Below are positions 12,809-25,757 of a stretch of 64,000 nt of DNA, piece by piece; within the stretch, counting starts at the first letter, position 1; every line of letters begins with the position of its first letter. The stretch is from Bugula neritina. Lineage: Eukaryota > Animalia > Bryozoa. Under the pieces are notes generated by a model. It was given only the letters and a program-made list of their open reading frames with translations, had not been told where the DNA came from and searched no databases. The DNA is taken from NCBI GenBank assembly GCA_964035545.1, contig OZ037771.1:2243628-2307627 (forward strand), read 5' to 3'. A program made the position numbers and the translations under genes.

Positions 12809-15800
12809 ATGGTATCGCAGGAAACTCAAGAGAGTCAAGTCAAGGACAGTCAGGCAAATGGCCAAGCTCTTGAATCAACGGGGAATTCATCACATCAACA
12901 AAATGGCAAACAGGAAACACTAACAGAAAGAGAGTTGGAAGAGCGATTGGTGAAAACGATTGAACCACCAGATGGCGGTAGGCCGTTAGAAGCACCAATA
13001 CTGTATATAGTAAAGAGTTGTAGAATACAGGCTAGGTTTTTTTGCTGCTAAACACAAACAATATGTAAATTTATTTATGGCTGAATGCTAAATAGAAATG
13101 ATGCCTGTATGAATACAGCTTAGTATTGATTTGTAAACAACTTGTGTTGGGAGTAATGCACAAGGGGTATATGTACCTCTTTCGTACTAACCTAGCACAC
13201 AGCTGCACATACCATGTGCACTTAAGTCACACTTTGTTGTTTCTATATCTACTTGTAAAGTTAATTTATTAGAACACATAATGAAAGTGTTAAAATCTGT
13301 AAGTTTGAATAAACATTTTTGAAAATGAAATGATTCAAATAATATTTTAATACGGTCTAGTAAAATATTAAATTCAAACTAATACTTTACCATCAAAAAG
13401 ATTTTAGTGCCAAGCTAGAACGTCAACATGCATTTGCTAGCAATGCTTTACTATGTGTGTTTACAGTTCTAACTTTAAATGACAAAATTTTCAACACTTG
13501 ACTGAAACTCTAAATGTAATTTCAATTTCTGCAGTTTGGCAGACTGCTTAACCTTAATGAGTGTGACAACGTTGCAGTTTACACTTGACATGTTTATTTT
13601 GAAACTGCTAATTGTCTTGGTGCGTAAATCACTCAGTTTAAAGTGACCTTTAACAAGTTTGGGTCAGTTTTCAAATAATTAGTTACTAGCTATATGAGGC
13701 TATGTGTCAGTAATTCACACTGCAAATTTTATTCTTGTTATAAATATACTGCCAGCCTTTGCACCTCAGTTTGCACCAAAGATATACAAGATTCAGTTTT
13801 TGCTAGTCTGATTCACAACCATTAATTTAAGTTTTAAACTCAAAAGTAGCTGCTGATGTATCAAAAAGTTTTTAGCTATAAAAATTATAATTAACAAGAA
13901 TTTATACTTGTTAAAAACAACATTTAAAAAGCATTTGCAATTATCAGCTTTATACAGCATGCTTTATCTATTCAGTTATATTCATTGCAGTCCTTGCAAG
14001 CTTTCTAGTTGACAAACTTGCTCACTGAGGTCTAGCAATACACAGCATGAGTTTTGTGTTTCATCACACAAATAATTTGGAGCTCGTATATTTGTTACAA
14101 CAATAATTAGCCTACATAATAAAATGCACATGTTGTGATAGTTGTGACACTCCGGTGTAAGTGCTCTAATGTGCAGTAAAGTCATGTAAAGAGAAACTAA
14201 GAAGCTGCCATGAAGGGGATTATACCTTACCCTATAGTTCAAATTGTGGTATTCAATATCAGTGCTAAAAGTGAGATTTATAACTCAAACTCATGCCATA
14301 ACTAGTTAAAGTACTGCAGCTACATATCTTTTAAATTGAGTTAGGGCTGTGACAGACAAATTAAATAAGATTCTTGCTATAGATCCTTAACTCAGTTTAA
14401 CATTCAGGACATATAGAGTTGCATGTGTGGAGAGTTAAGAGAAAATTTGCCACTAATAAAATTTTAAATAGGAATATCAAATTTTAGGATAAATTTATGA
14501 GTTTTATTTACATAGTAACTTTTGCTAATCTTGTATGATCTGTTATTGCTTTCATTTGGAAATATTGAGTAAAGGCTGTGTTCTAGGCTAAATATGTAGC
14601 AACAAATCATATTCTTTATCTCAAACCAAAATTTATTAATAGTTACAATATAAATGTTTTCACTGAAGCACCTGAATGTTTCATTTTCTGAAAGTAACTT
14701 TTAATTGGTTTTTGGTATATTTGCGTGGCAAAAAGATGGGAAGGTGACTAATAACTACATATATTCTAATTATTAGGTTACATTGAAGCACTATTATGCT
14801 TGAAAATAATTTTTACTAAAGCTTGTTTAATTTCATTTCATTCTTTTTAACAGTTGTCTGCGCTGTTTTTTATTACATGGTTGGTAATAATTATAAGAAG
14901 ATTAGAATGGATTAGTTTTAAAGAAAACAAATAACGTTTCTGAATGATCTGCCTGTAATTCATAAACTGCAAAAATAATTAAACTCACTACATAGAAAGG
15001 TGTGCGTTTTAAAAATAGAAGAATGCAGACAACTTAACTGACAAGGTAACACTAGTATGCATATAAAAAGTATTACTCATGTAATTTCCTGGATATTTTA
15101 GAAATTATGCTAATCAAATAAATATGAGAATTCTTATTTTTAATCAGATATTCTTTCTTGGAAAAAAAGAGCAGCTGATGAAGCTCTAGTCTTGCCAGTA
15201 AAACTGTTGAAATATTTCAGGTTGGGGCTGGATGATTGTGTTCTGTTCATTTGGTCTGCACGTCATACTTGACGGCATCACGTACTCATTTGGGGTGATA
15301 TTCGTGGCTCTCCTAGAAGACTTTCAGGGGGGCAAGGGGGACACCGCCTGGATCCTCTCCATATTTGTTGGCGTGACTCTGGGAACTGGTGAGTTAAGAA
15401 TTTTTATTCACTTTAACAAATGACAATGTGAAGAAGAGAAATTTTTTGTCTAAATTGTAATCTAAATAAAAGTTAAAACTTTTTTAAGGAAATTAACTTT
15501 TAAAACAACATCCAAACAGCAAAAAATACCCAAACACTCTATTACTATTTTAGTAGAATGATTGCTATTCTTTTGATCAAAATTGTTTACTTGTTGAAAC
15601 TGCAGCTTTTAGTATCAAAATGAAATATCAGAAAATCTAGTGCACAGAAAACAGTAGCCTGATGAGAATGATAAATTAGGGCTGCCTCCTCCTCCCACCC
15701 GCATAGCTGTAATGTGTTTCTCTGCCCAGCTACTATAAGTAACGTAGCTGAGTACCTTACATTCTTAAGATTAAAATCTTGCAACACTCATCATCTATCT

Positions 15801-18800
15801 CCATGTTGTTTCAGACCAAAGCTTTCCCATAACTTTGTGGCTCTTCTTCCAATTGCAGAATTCCCAAAATAAAGATATTACATGAAATGTGCAATATTTG
15901 CTTACAGTTGAACTTTGAACCAAATCATAAAATTCTTCTAGTGGTTAAAAAAATACTGCATGTTAGTAATCACATCACCCGATCTAAATATATCTCAAAT
16001 AGCAACTGTCCCGTGTGACCAGTATTGATACGAATAACATTTTCTCTGTAGCCTTTATTTATACTATTTGATATTTTTATTTTATTATTTATATTCCAAG
16101 TAGATTGTTGAATGTATTTGATGGTCTGATGCTATGATTTAGGAAAGGCATGTCCTGTTATCTTTTAATCCAACTGAGAAACGTACAAACTGCAGAATTT
16201 TCCATACGAAACCTTCTTGAAGTTCATAGTTTACCACTTGATTGTGTCAATAAGCAGTGAAAGTGTTTACACAGATGCCTCTATTTTATTATTCATAAAC
16301 ACTGACATGTTAGAAAGAAAAATATTTTACTATTTGCTAATACTTAAGAAAACTAGAACATAAATTGGTATTTACTGCATGGCATTCTATAAATGTTAAT
16401 ATTAAGCTTACATCCTGCATAATATTATACTATATCCCACAAGTTCAACTTGTTCAACTCTACTGCACATGCTTAGATAATTGTAATTAAACAATTATTA
16501 GAAATTGCTCCATATTGTTATTTGTAACGAGACATTGTATTTTTAGGCTCAGATCAATAAAATAAAACGAGTAGGGGGATATGACTATTATTTTAGAAAA
16601 GAACTTTGCAGGAGGTTTACCAAAGTTATAGTTTATTTTTGTTTATATACAGTTGTGGGTCTTGTAGCATTTGAAGCTAAAATACTTGCTTTACAATCCC
16701 AGGCAATATTTTGTAGACTTGAAGCAACAGCTATATGTTTGGTTGTTATTAAAATGTGTATAGGATTTACATAGCTGATAATCAACTCATGAATTTATAA
16801 AAAAAGATAGAACTGGTTGTTTTCTATAACCAAACACAAAGAATTATGTAATGTGTTTATTTAAGAGAACACTGGTTTTATCTGGGGCCACAACTCCCAG
16901 TATTGTATAATGTGGAATACTAACTAAAAGCCTTCCTATATAACCTAATGGCTAGTAGCATACTACATCACCAACAATAGCTTAATTTTGAAACACTGCC
17001 TACACTATTAGTTGTGTCAAGAGTTAAAATTGTAATATTACTTATAGTTTGTGTGAGATTTGCAGTTGTAATTTGTTTTAATTTGTTATTGTAGGTCCTT
17101 TGGCCAGTGCGTTGGTGAACCGTTACAGCTGTAGGACAGTGAGCATCATAGGAGCAGTGATAGGTGCTGTCGGCTTTATAATCAGTCCTTATGCACCAGC
17201 AATGTGGTACTTGTACATCAGTTTTGGAGTTATTGGTGGTATAGGATTTGGTTTAGTCTACCTTCCAGCTATAGTGATAGTCAGCTATTACTTTGAGAGA
17301 CGAAGAGCTCTGGCTACTGGCCTTGCTTGCTGTGGTTCAGGTTTCGGCACTTTCATATTTGCTCCACTTTCCGCATACTTTATTGAAGAGTTTGGATGGA
17401 AGCAAACATGCTTCTTCTTGGCCGGGATAATCTTACAGTGCTGCGTGTTGGGGGCTCTTCTACGTCCCCTTCCTCTCGTTGACAACACTGAGACTTTAGA
17501 GGCCGTCAACCAGACACAGCAGAATGGAAAGCCTTCTGGTGAGACACAAGGAGATAAGCCGAAGCCGTCAGGGAGTCACGTAAAAAGTAAAGTATCACTC
17601 AATATCGCATCTATCAGTTCACTGAACACTCAGCATGTCACTGGCCATCAACTCAAACAACACATACCACTACACAGGAAGGACGTATTCTACAGTGGCA
17701 GTTTACACAACATCCCTCTGTACACACAGAACAAAGCTGACTACATCACCAGCAACATGTCACTAGTACACTCTCTCCATCAAGTCAAGACACCACAAAC
17801 TAACACTAAGCAACCAGCAACCTGTTTTGAGCGATTCACTCATTCATTCAAATCATTCATTGACTTTTCACTTCTCACAGACTGGGGTTTTCTTCTCTTT
17901 TTAATATCGAATATATTCACAAACTTAGGATTTAATGCTCCGTATATATTTATCCCTGACCGAGCAATTGAATACGGCATAAAGCCCAAAGCAGCTGCCT
18001 TCCTCTTGTCTATTCTGGGGATAGCCAACACCATTGGTCGAATCGTGTTTGGGTATCTCGCCGACACCAGCTACATCAAGCCTCAGAGACTACATCTGTA
18101 CAGTACGGGGCTGGTTCTCACAGGTCTTTGCACAGCATTCAGCTCCTTCGAGAGTCATAAGGCACAGATTGCTTATGCAGCACTTTTTGGCTTTTTTATT
18201 GGTAAGCAGATTGTACTTAATTCATAGACATTGTCATGTTTCCAACAGTGCATAGTTAATTTCTATCGCAATCAGTAAAATTATGACCTTTATAAGATCA
18301 AATTTTGAGAGTATTTCTGTCTAATATGTATGACTTTCACATGATCTCCCAGGTGGGTATGTGTCCCTGACAGCTATTGTCCTCGTGGATCTACTTGGAG
18401 TAGATAAACTGACCAGCAGCTTTGGTCTCACACTTCTGGTGCAAGGTGTCTTTGTTCTGATTGGACCACCAATAGCAGGTGAGATTTTAGTTTCCTTTAT
18501 AGTTAGTAGTGAACTTTCATAGACTTTGGGGTGTGAACAAATCAGACAATAGAAACTCAGTGGCCTGGCAGTCATTTACTAGGAAACTAAAATATTTAAA
18601 GTGTTTAACTGTAATACAGTATAACATACATGCAAAATACAGTTGCCTCTTGGATGTTTAAAAAGCTAATGTTGGTACTTTTTTACAAGTTATTATAGTT
18701 ATTAGTTATTTGCTTTTAATTATTATTTGTGCAATTCTTGGGTGAACTCTTTTTATTGTTTTGATCCTTGCTGAAACCATAAAATGTTTTTGAAATTACT

Positions 18801-19141
18801 TACAAAGCAGTGTTAATTGAAATCTTGATATTTTTCTAAATTTATGCTTACAGGTTGGTTATATGACTACAGTGAGTAACAACATTGTATCTCTTACAGG
18901 TTGGTTATATGATGCAACTGCCAGCTACACCTGGTCATTTGCTAGTATAGGAGGATCTATTGCAATCAGCGGATTTATGTTATACTTCTTACCGTTGCTG
19001 AGTAGATTGCAGCATAAACGAATCACAAAACACGATACGGATATGGGTGTCCGAATAGGAGTTCAAAGTAAAGAGAAAATGGAAGATGAAGAAGTCAATT
19101 TAAAAGATTCGAGTGCAAAAGAATCAGACAGCAAATCTTAA
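12809..19141 (+). CDS. SLC16 / monocarboxylate transporter (MFS) paralog B, 5 exons, about 603 aa
   Basis: Exons 12809-12977, 15221-15388, 17095-18201, 18353-18478, 18900-19141. Exons 2-5 are the same lengths as in paralog A (168/1107/126/242 nt). PPDGGWGW motif. Confidence 0.95.
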
Positions 19142-20357
19142 TTCATGCTGATCCAAAGTGTTACTCTAGCTTTGACTAGGCTGATACGTGGGCTTTATAA
19201 CATTACTTAGAGTTGTGTTCTCATGTAACTTCACAATCCGCTACCCTGACACACTATGCATATACATGTGGTATTTGTAGACTAGAGATTAAGTAGGTCA
19301 CATGACTTTTCATCTCACTCCTGTTTTATATTTTGACAACTAGCAGCAACACAGTAGTTCTAGTGGAGATGCTAAATATATATAAGCTTTGTGAAATGGT
19401 TTGATGGTAATTTAATAAGTTGCTAAAAAATGAAAAACTGTATAAATTTTAAAAGTTTTATAAATAAGCAATAGCATTGAAATTGTAATTTATAGAACAT
19501 CTGATTGTTTATTACTTCCAGTTGTCAAAAAATTTGTTTTGATAAGTTGTACACATAATCAAAAACCTATATGCATGTCACATATTACATAGTATCTATT
19601 TTTAATAGTCACTTCTATAGCTATACGTACATCCATGAGTTATTATTTATTCATCTATTATATTATTTATGGTATATAAGATACTATTGAAATAAATATT
19701 CAAAAGGTAACTGGCATACAACCCTTTGATAAACATTTCATAGATGAGTCAACTCATTTCCTGCATACAGCTCACACAAATCACGTAGGATGTAGATTTT
19801 GTTCATCTAAACTGTAGACTCCTTCTTCTAAAGCTGATGGATGTAGACATACAATTCTAAGTGCCAAGAGCAGATAACTACAGTATGTCACTCAGAGCTC
19901 ACTACAGAAATTGTGCTCTCGTAGAGTTCAGTTGAAGTAATAGGTTTATTCTATTGTTGTATATAATGATAGTGTGATAGAGTACTAAGAGAATGTACTA
20001 TTTTCTACTCGCAAGTATATACATTACTAAACTTATTTTTAAGATTAAATCCCTTCACAAATCATGTGCTCTTTTACATTGTCATAACCTGATCTAAAGG
20101 TTTAAAGAAAACACCATGCTTCAATGGCTTATTTAAATTTTAGAAGATGCAAATGCTGGCACCCACTTGCCATACGTGTCAGTGTCACAACTGTTTTATT
20201 TTTGTCTTAAAATAGAAATCAACAGCTTCATGAACACAATCTGGAACTCTTTAACTTGCATTATTTGGCATTTTGCAACAAGCATTGCCTACGCATATGT
20301 TTTTACAGTTATATATCAATCTATGTCATACACGCTTGATGATTGTCATAGATTTCT

Positions 20358-20403
20358 ATTGCTATAGCAACAGGTTGTTTATGAGATTGGTTACTATGGC
20401 AAC
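20358..20403 (+). promoter_or_regulatory. Paired RFX X-box-like motifs upstream of SVWC copy 1
   Basis: attgctatagcaac (20358-20371) and gttactatggcaac (20390-20403) fit the X-box palindrome GTNRCY-N2-RGYAAC (the first with one mismatch). TATA-like tataaaag at 20545 and tatataag at 20558. Confidence 0.55.
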
Positions 20404-20650
20404 TAATGTTCATATGATAGTCAATGTATTGCATAGCATGGCGTCAGTAGAAATAAATAGTTGCACGTGTACAGCAACAACAATAATGTCATAACATGCA
20501 CGCAAATTTGGCAATTGCAATACAACTATTTTGAGATTACGGTCTATAAAAGCATAATATATAAGCAGCAACTTTATCAAGTAGTCCTTCATTCAACAGC
20601 AGCTACTTTTGGTGAATGATTGTACTTGCATCTTAACATTGAATTTAGCA

Positions 20651-21927
20651 ATGAATTTTCTTCAAATCTCTGTGTTTGCTATTTTGGTTATCTCTATTAA
20701 TTCGTATACATTTGTGGAGAACTATCCTAGTAAGTTATATAATCAAGTTGTATTTGTTATCTTGTAATATGCAATCTCAAACATCTACATGAGTTTTATT
20801 TTGGGAAATCTTTCATTTCAACAGAGTAGCTTGAGAAGCATCTGAAGATAGTCAGTAAGGTTATGGTTAAATAGTTAGTATGCATACAGTATCTGCTGTA
20901 ATTAAAATATCATTTACAAGATATTTCACGACTTCCAAAACATAGTTGAACATTAAAACTGTTATTAAGTTTCTGATGCAAATATTTGCTTTGTTAGGCG
21001 ACCATAAAACGATAATCATATGTTATAAAAAATAGCTTTTACTTACAAACAATTCTATTTTTGTTAAATTTGTTATTGAAGTATTTATGTAAAAAATTAT
21101 ATTTGTTTTGAAATGTAAAAGCAGTTAAAAACTACAAATTTTCAATTTTCAATTGACACGGGTTTCATGTTGTAAAAAGTGATATTGTTTGTAAATCTGC
21201 TGTCTCATTTTTTGATAAAATTCTTGGCTGTAGAATGCTGAAGCTGCTTCTTGTTTAATAGCAAAATAACTAATTCTGTACTTTCATCTTAGCTGATTGT
21301 CTGCTTCTACAGAACTTAAGATATCGAAATGTGAGCTGAATTGCAATTTCTAATGCTGGGTTTGAGTATTCCATTTGTTAACCTCGTCTGCTTATTTCCA
21401 GAGTGTAATCGCTACCCAGCAGGCACCGTTTTTCTCTCTAAAGTGAAATGTGAGAAAAGAACCTGTTCAACCATCAAACCTCAAGCTAACGGAGAAGGGT
21501 GAGTCCAATATTCTTCTATTTACATGAAATATTTATAAATTATTGCTTCAAAAACAGTATAATGCGCCTAACTCTAACATTTAGGTTTTGCACTTCATAA
21601 CAATATTCTATATTCTTCTTGATAAATCTTGTTATTATTCAATAATTGCCGAATTTAATCTTAATTTTAAACAGCTATTTTTAAAACTAGTAGTTGGCAA
21701 ATGAAAGCTAAACTAGAACACAAATTTATACTAATAATAATAAATTGAAATGATGCAATAAAATGTTATAATTTTCTGATTCTTGCAGATGCGGTGTTAT
21801 TGATATACAGCTGACACCAGAGCAGGAGGCTCAGGGGTGTGTAGTAAAACAGGTACAGCTTTCCAGAAAAGTCAGATATCCAGATTGTTGTCAGAAGTAT
21901 GTAGACTGCCCATCTCAAACATACTAA
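20651..21927 (+). CDS. Secreted SVWC-like protein, copy 1 (104 aa, 3 exons)
   Basis: Exons 20651-20729, 21402-21498, 21789-21927. MNFLQISVFAILVISINSYTFVENYPKCNRYPAGTVFLSKVKCEKRTCSTIKPQANGEGCGVIDIQLTPEQEAQGCVVKQVQLSRKVRYPDCCQKYVDCPSQTY*. Confidence 0.88.
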
Positions 21928-22760
21928 ATTAATATGGAGTCATCAGGCTAAATAAACTTGAGTATATTATGTAATCCCAGAAACATATTTTTGTTGAACT
22001 AAAAAAACAATGTATTTTTACGATTGTGAGCTTTTATAAACTATATAGTTTTGCACTATCTCTCTCTGCATTTTTCACTTGAAAAGCCTATATCATGTAA
22101 CAGTTTCTAAAATTAATATATATGAATAAATATTTCAATATGCAGTAAAATATTGCTTTAAATTATCTTGAAATTTTTGCTATAATTTTATTGAAACAAA
22201 CATAATATGTTGCATGCGTTATAGATAACGTGGATAAGTAGTATAAGATAAGCAACAAATTGTAGAGTCTATAGTGTTGAACATCAGTTAACCAATAGAG
22301 CTTTATGTACTTACACATAGCTAGATATACTTACATGTAGCCATATATGCTAGCACATACGTCATAACCAAAAATGGAAGTAGTATTTGGTGCCCCTTCT
22401 TCTAGAAACAACATAAAAAACAACTTCTGTAGAAGCTTGTTCAAACAACTTGCAGATCTAAAAAGCTTTTTGTATTCAAAATTATATCAAGAAAACTGAG
22501 ATTTTTTTTGCAATTTCACTGATGAAAATCAACACTTTTGTCTATGAGATCTTTTGTGTTGGGAGGTAAGTAATAGAGTTCAAAATCTATCAATCTATAA
22601 ACATGCAACATGCAAATTCGCCAATTGTGATGCAACTATTCTGAGATTACGGTCTATGGAAGCATAGTATATAAGCAACAACTCTATCAAGTTGTCCTTT
22701 ATTTAACAGCAGCTACTTTTAGCGAATAATTGTACTTGCATTTTAACATTGAATTTAGCA

Positions 22761-24004
22761 ATGAATTTTCTTCAAATCTCTGAGTTTGCTATTTTGGTTA
22801 TCTCTATTAATTCGTATGTATTTATAGAGGACTATCCTAGTAAGTTATATAATCAAGTAGTATTTGTTATCTCGCAATATGCAATCTCTAACATCTACAT
22901 AAGTTTTATTTTGGGAAATCTTTCATTTTAGTAACAATTAGCTTGAGAAGCATCTTAAGATAGTCATTAAGGTTATGGTTAGTTAGTATGCATACAGTAT
23001 CTGCTGTAATTATAATATAATTTACAAGATATTTCAAGACTCCTAAAACATAGTTGAACATTAAAACTGTTATTAAGTTTCTGATGCAAATATTTGCTTT
23101 GTTAGGCGACCATAAAACACTAATCATATGTTATAAAAATTAACTTTTACATACAAACAATTCTATTTTTGGTAAATTTGTTGTTAAAGTATTTATGTAA
23201 GAAATTATATCTTTTTAAAATGTATAAGCAGCCAAAAATCACAAATTTTTAATTTTTAATTGACAAGAGTTTCATGTAAAATGTAAATCTAAATTTGCTT
23301 CCTCAATTCTTGATATCATTCTTGGCTGTAGAATGCTAAAGCTGCTCTGTTTTTGGTAACAAAATAACTAATCCTGTACTTTCATGTCTCCTTCTACAGA
23401 ACTTAAGATATTGAAATATGAGCTGAATAGCAATTTCTAATGCTGGGTTTAAGTTTTCTATTTGTTAACCTGTTCTGCTTAATTCCAGAGTGTAATCGCT
23501 ACCCGGCAGGCACCGTTTTCTTATCTAGAGTCTATTGTGAGAAAAGAACCTGCTTAACCACCAAACCTCTAGCTTACGGAGTAGGGTGAGTCTAATATTC
23601 TTTTACTTACATGAAATATTTATAAATTATTGCTTCAAAAACAGTATAATGTGCCTAACTCTAACATTTAGGTTTTGCACTTCATAACAATATTTCATAT
23701 TCTTCATGATAAATCTTGTTATTATTCAATAATTGCCGAATTTAATCTTAATTTTAAACAGCTGTTTTTTATAACTAGTAGTTGGCAAATGAAAGCTAAA
23801 CTAGAACACAAAATTATACTAATAATAATAAATTGAAATGACGCAATAAAATGTGAAATTTCTGATTCTTGCAGATGTGGGGCTATTGGTATACGGCTGA
23901 CACCAGAGCAGAAGGCTCAGGGGTGTGTAGTAAAACAAGTAGAGGTTTCCAGAAGAGTTAGATATCCAGGTTGTTGTAATAAATATGTGGACTGCCTATC
24001 TTAA
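22761..24004 (+). CDS. Secreted SVWC-like protein, copy 2 (101 aa; Val8Glu in the signal peptide)
   Basis: Exons 22761-22839, 23489-23585, 23875-24004. MNFLQISEFAILVISINSYVFIEDYPKCNRYPAGTVFLSRVYCEKRTCLTTKPLAYGVGCGAIGIRLTPEQKAQGCVVKQVEVSRRVRYPGCCNKYVDCLS*. Confidence 0.82.
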
Positions 24005-24948
24005 ACAAACTAAATTAATATAGAGTCATCAGGCTAAATAAACTTGAATATATTATTATGTAATCCAAGAAACATAATTTTGTTGAACTAAAAAAATAAT
24101 ATATTTTTACGATTGTGAGCTTTTATAAACTATATAGTTTTGCACTATCTCTCTCTGTATTTTTCACTTGAAAAGCCTATATCATGTAACAGTTTCTAAA
24201 ATTAATATATATGAATAAACATTTCAATATGCAGGAAAATATTGCTTTAAATTATCTTGAAATTTTTGCTATAATTTTATTGAAACAAACATAATATGTT
24301 GCATGCGTTATAGATAACATGGATAAGTAGTATAAGATAAGCAACAAATTGTAGAGTCTATAGTGTTGAACATCAGTTAACCAATAGAGCTTTATGTACT
24401 TACACATAGCTATATATACTTACATGTAGCTATATATGCTAGCACATACGTCATAACCAAAAATGGAAGTAGTATTTGGTGCCCCTTCTTCTAGAAACAA
24501 CATAAAAAACAACTCCTGTAAAAGCTTGTTCAAACAACTTGCAGATCTAAAAAGCTTTTTGTATTCAAAGTTATATCAAGAAAACTGAGATTTTTTTTGC
24601 AATTTCACTGATGAAAATCAACACTTTTGTCTATGAGATCTTTTGTGTTGGGAGGTAAGTAATAGAGTTCAAAATCTATCAATCTATAAACATGCAACAT
24701 GCCATTATACCAACTTTTGAAGAAATTTATTTATAAATTTCTTCAAAAGTTTGTATAATGGCATGTTGCATATTTATTAGAACTGCATAAATTACATTGA
24801 ATGTAATGTACTACAGAAGAACTAATATTTGAAAGCTTACAGTAGTATATAGCCTTCCTCAAGGAAACAGTTTTTAACAATATTATGCAACATTTCACAT
24901 CAGCAGAATGTAGAACAGTATAACCAGTATCTGTATTAGCCACCAGCT

Positions 24949-25045
24949 ATGCAGTACTTGTACTGTGAAACAGTTTTCTGCTTTATCATAAGTAGCTTAA
25001 TCATAGAGAGCATCAATGGCTACCTATTTTACATACAGAACCCAG
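24949..25045 (+). other. Orphan duplicate of the signal-peptide exon of divergent SVWC copy 4 (possible alternative first exon for copy 3)
   Basis: MQYLYCETVFCFIISSLIIESINGYLFYIQNP(G|gtaagt) is identical to 27915-28011 except for GTA>GAA. Its own exons 2-3 are absent. Confidence 0.75.
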
Positions 25046-25464
25046 GTAAGTACATTTGTGCACAAACTAGATCAATCTATCCCAGCATATTGATTAATTT
25101 GTGCATCAGTCATAAAAATGCATTTTAGGTAATGTGACAGGTGATGTGACAGAAGATTTTAACAGTTTTCAGACCTTCAACTAATTTTGGCTAAATGCCT
25201 AGCCAGGCTTTTTTTTGCAAAATATAATTTGTTATGCAAGAGTGTTTTTTTCGAAAACACCAGCATTAGACTTACTCTAAACAGACAATTATAGGCTATT
25301 TCAGTACAACTCAAATTTGCATGCCACAACAGCTTCATGGAGACAATCTGGAACTCCTTAACTTACAATATTTGGCATTTTGCAACAAGCAATGCCTAGG
25401 CATGTGTTTTTATAGTTATACATCAATCTATGTCATACACACTCGATAATTAACATCGATTTTT

Positions 25465-25510
25465 ATTGCTATGGCAACTGGTTGTTTATGAGATAAGTAA
25501 CTATGGTAAC
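25465..25510 (+). promoter_or_regulatory. Paired RFX X-box-like motifs upstream of SVWC copy 3
   Basis: attgctatggcaac (25465-25478) and gtaactatggtaac (25497-25510), with the same spacing as in copy 1. Confidence 0.55.
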
Positions 25511-25757
25511 TGACGTTTATTTGATTGTCAATGTACTGTATAGCTTGGTGTCAGAAGAAATAAATAGTTGCACGGGTACAACAATGACAATAATATCACA
25601 ACATGCACACAAATTCGCCAATTGTGATGCAACTATTCTGAGATTACGGTCTATGGAAGCATAGTATATAAGCAACAACTCTATCAAGTTGTCCTTTATT
25701 CAACAGCAGCTACTTTTAGCGAATAATTGTACTTGCATTTTAACATTGAATTTAGCA

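Larger units (their letters stand above)
3400..22100. repeat. Head-to-head inverted segmental duplication: SVWC(-), MCT(-), MCT(+), SVWC(+)
   Basis: Exons and 3'UTR of 5936-11309(-) mirror 12809-19141(+). 3605-4914(-) mirrors 20651-21927(+). The upstream block at 5190-5243 is the reverse complement of about 20348-20403. Outer boundaries approximate. Confidence 0.9.

Noticed and set aside
15587-15900. GC-richer patch and 66-aa ORF in MCT-B intron 2
   Set aside because: Interrupted by stops and no recognisable domain; at most a decayed transposon fragment.
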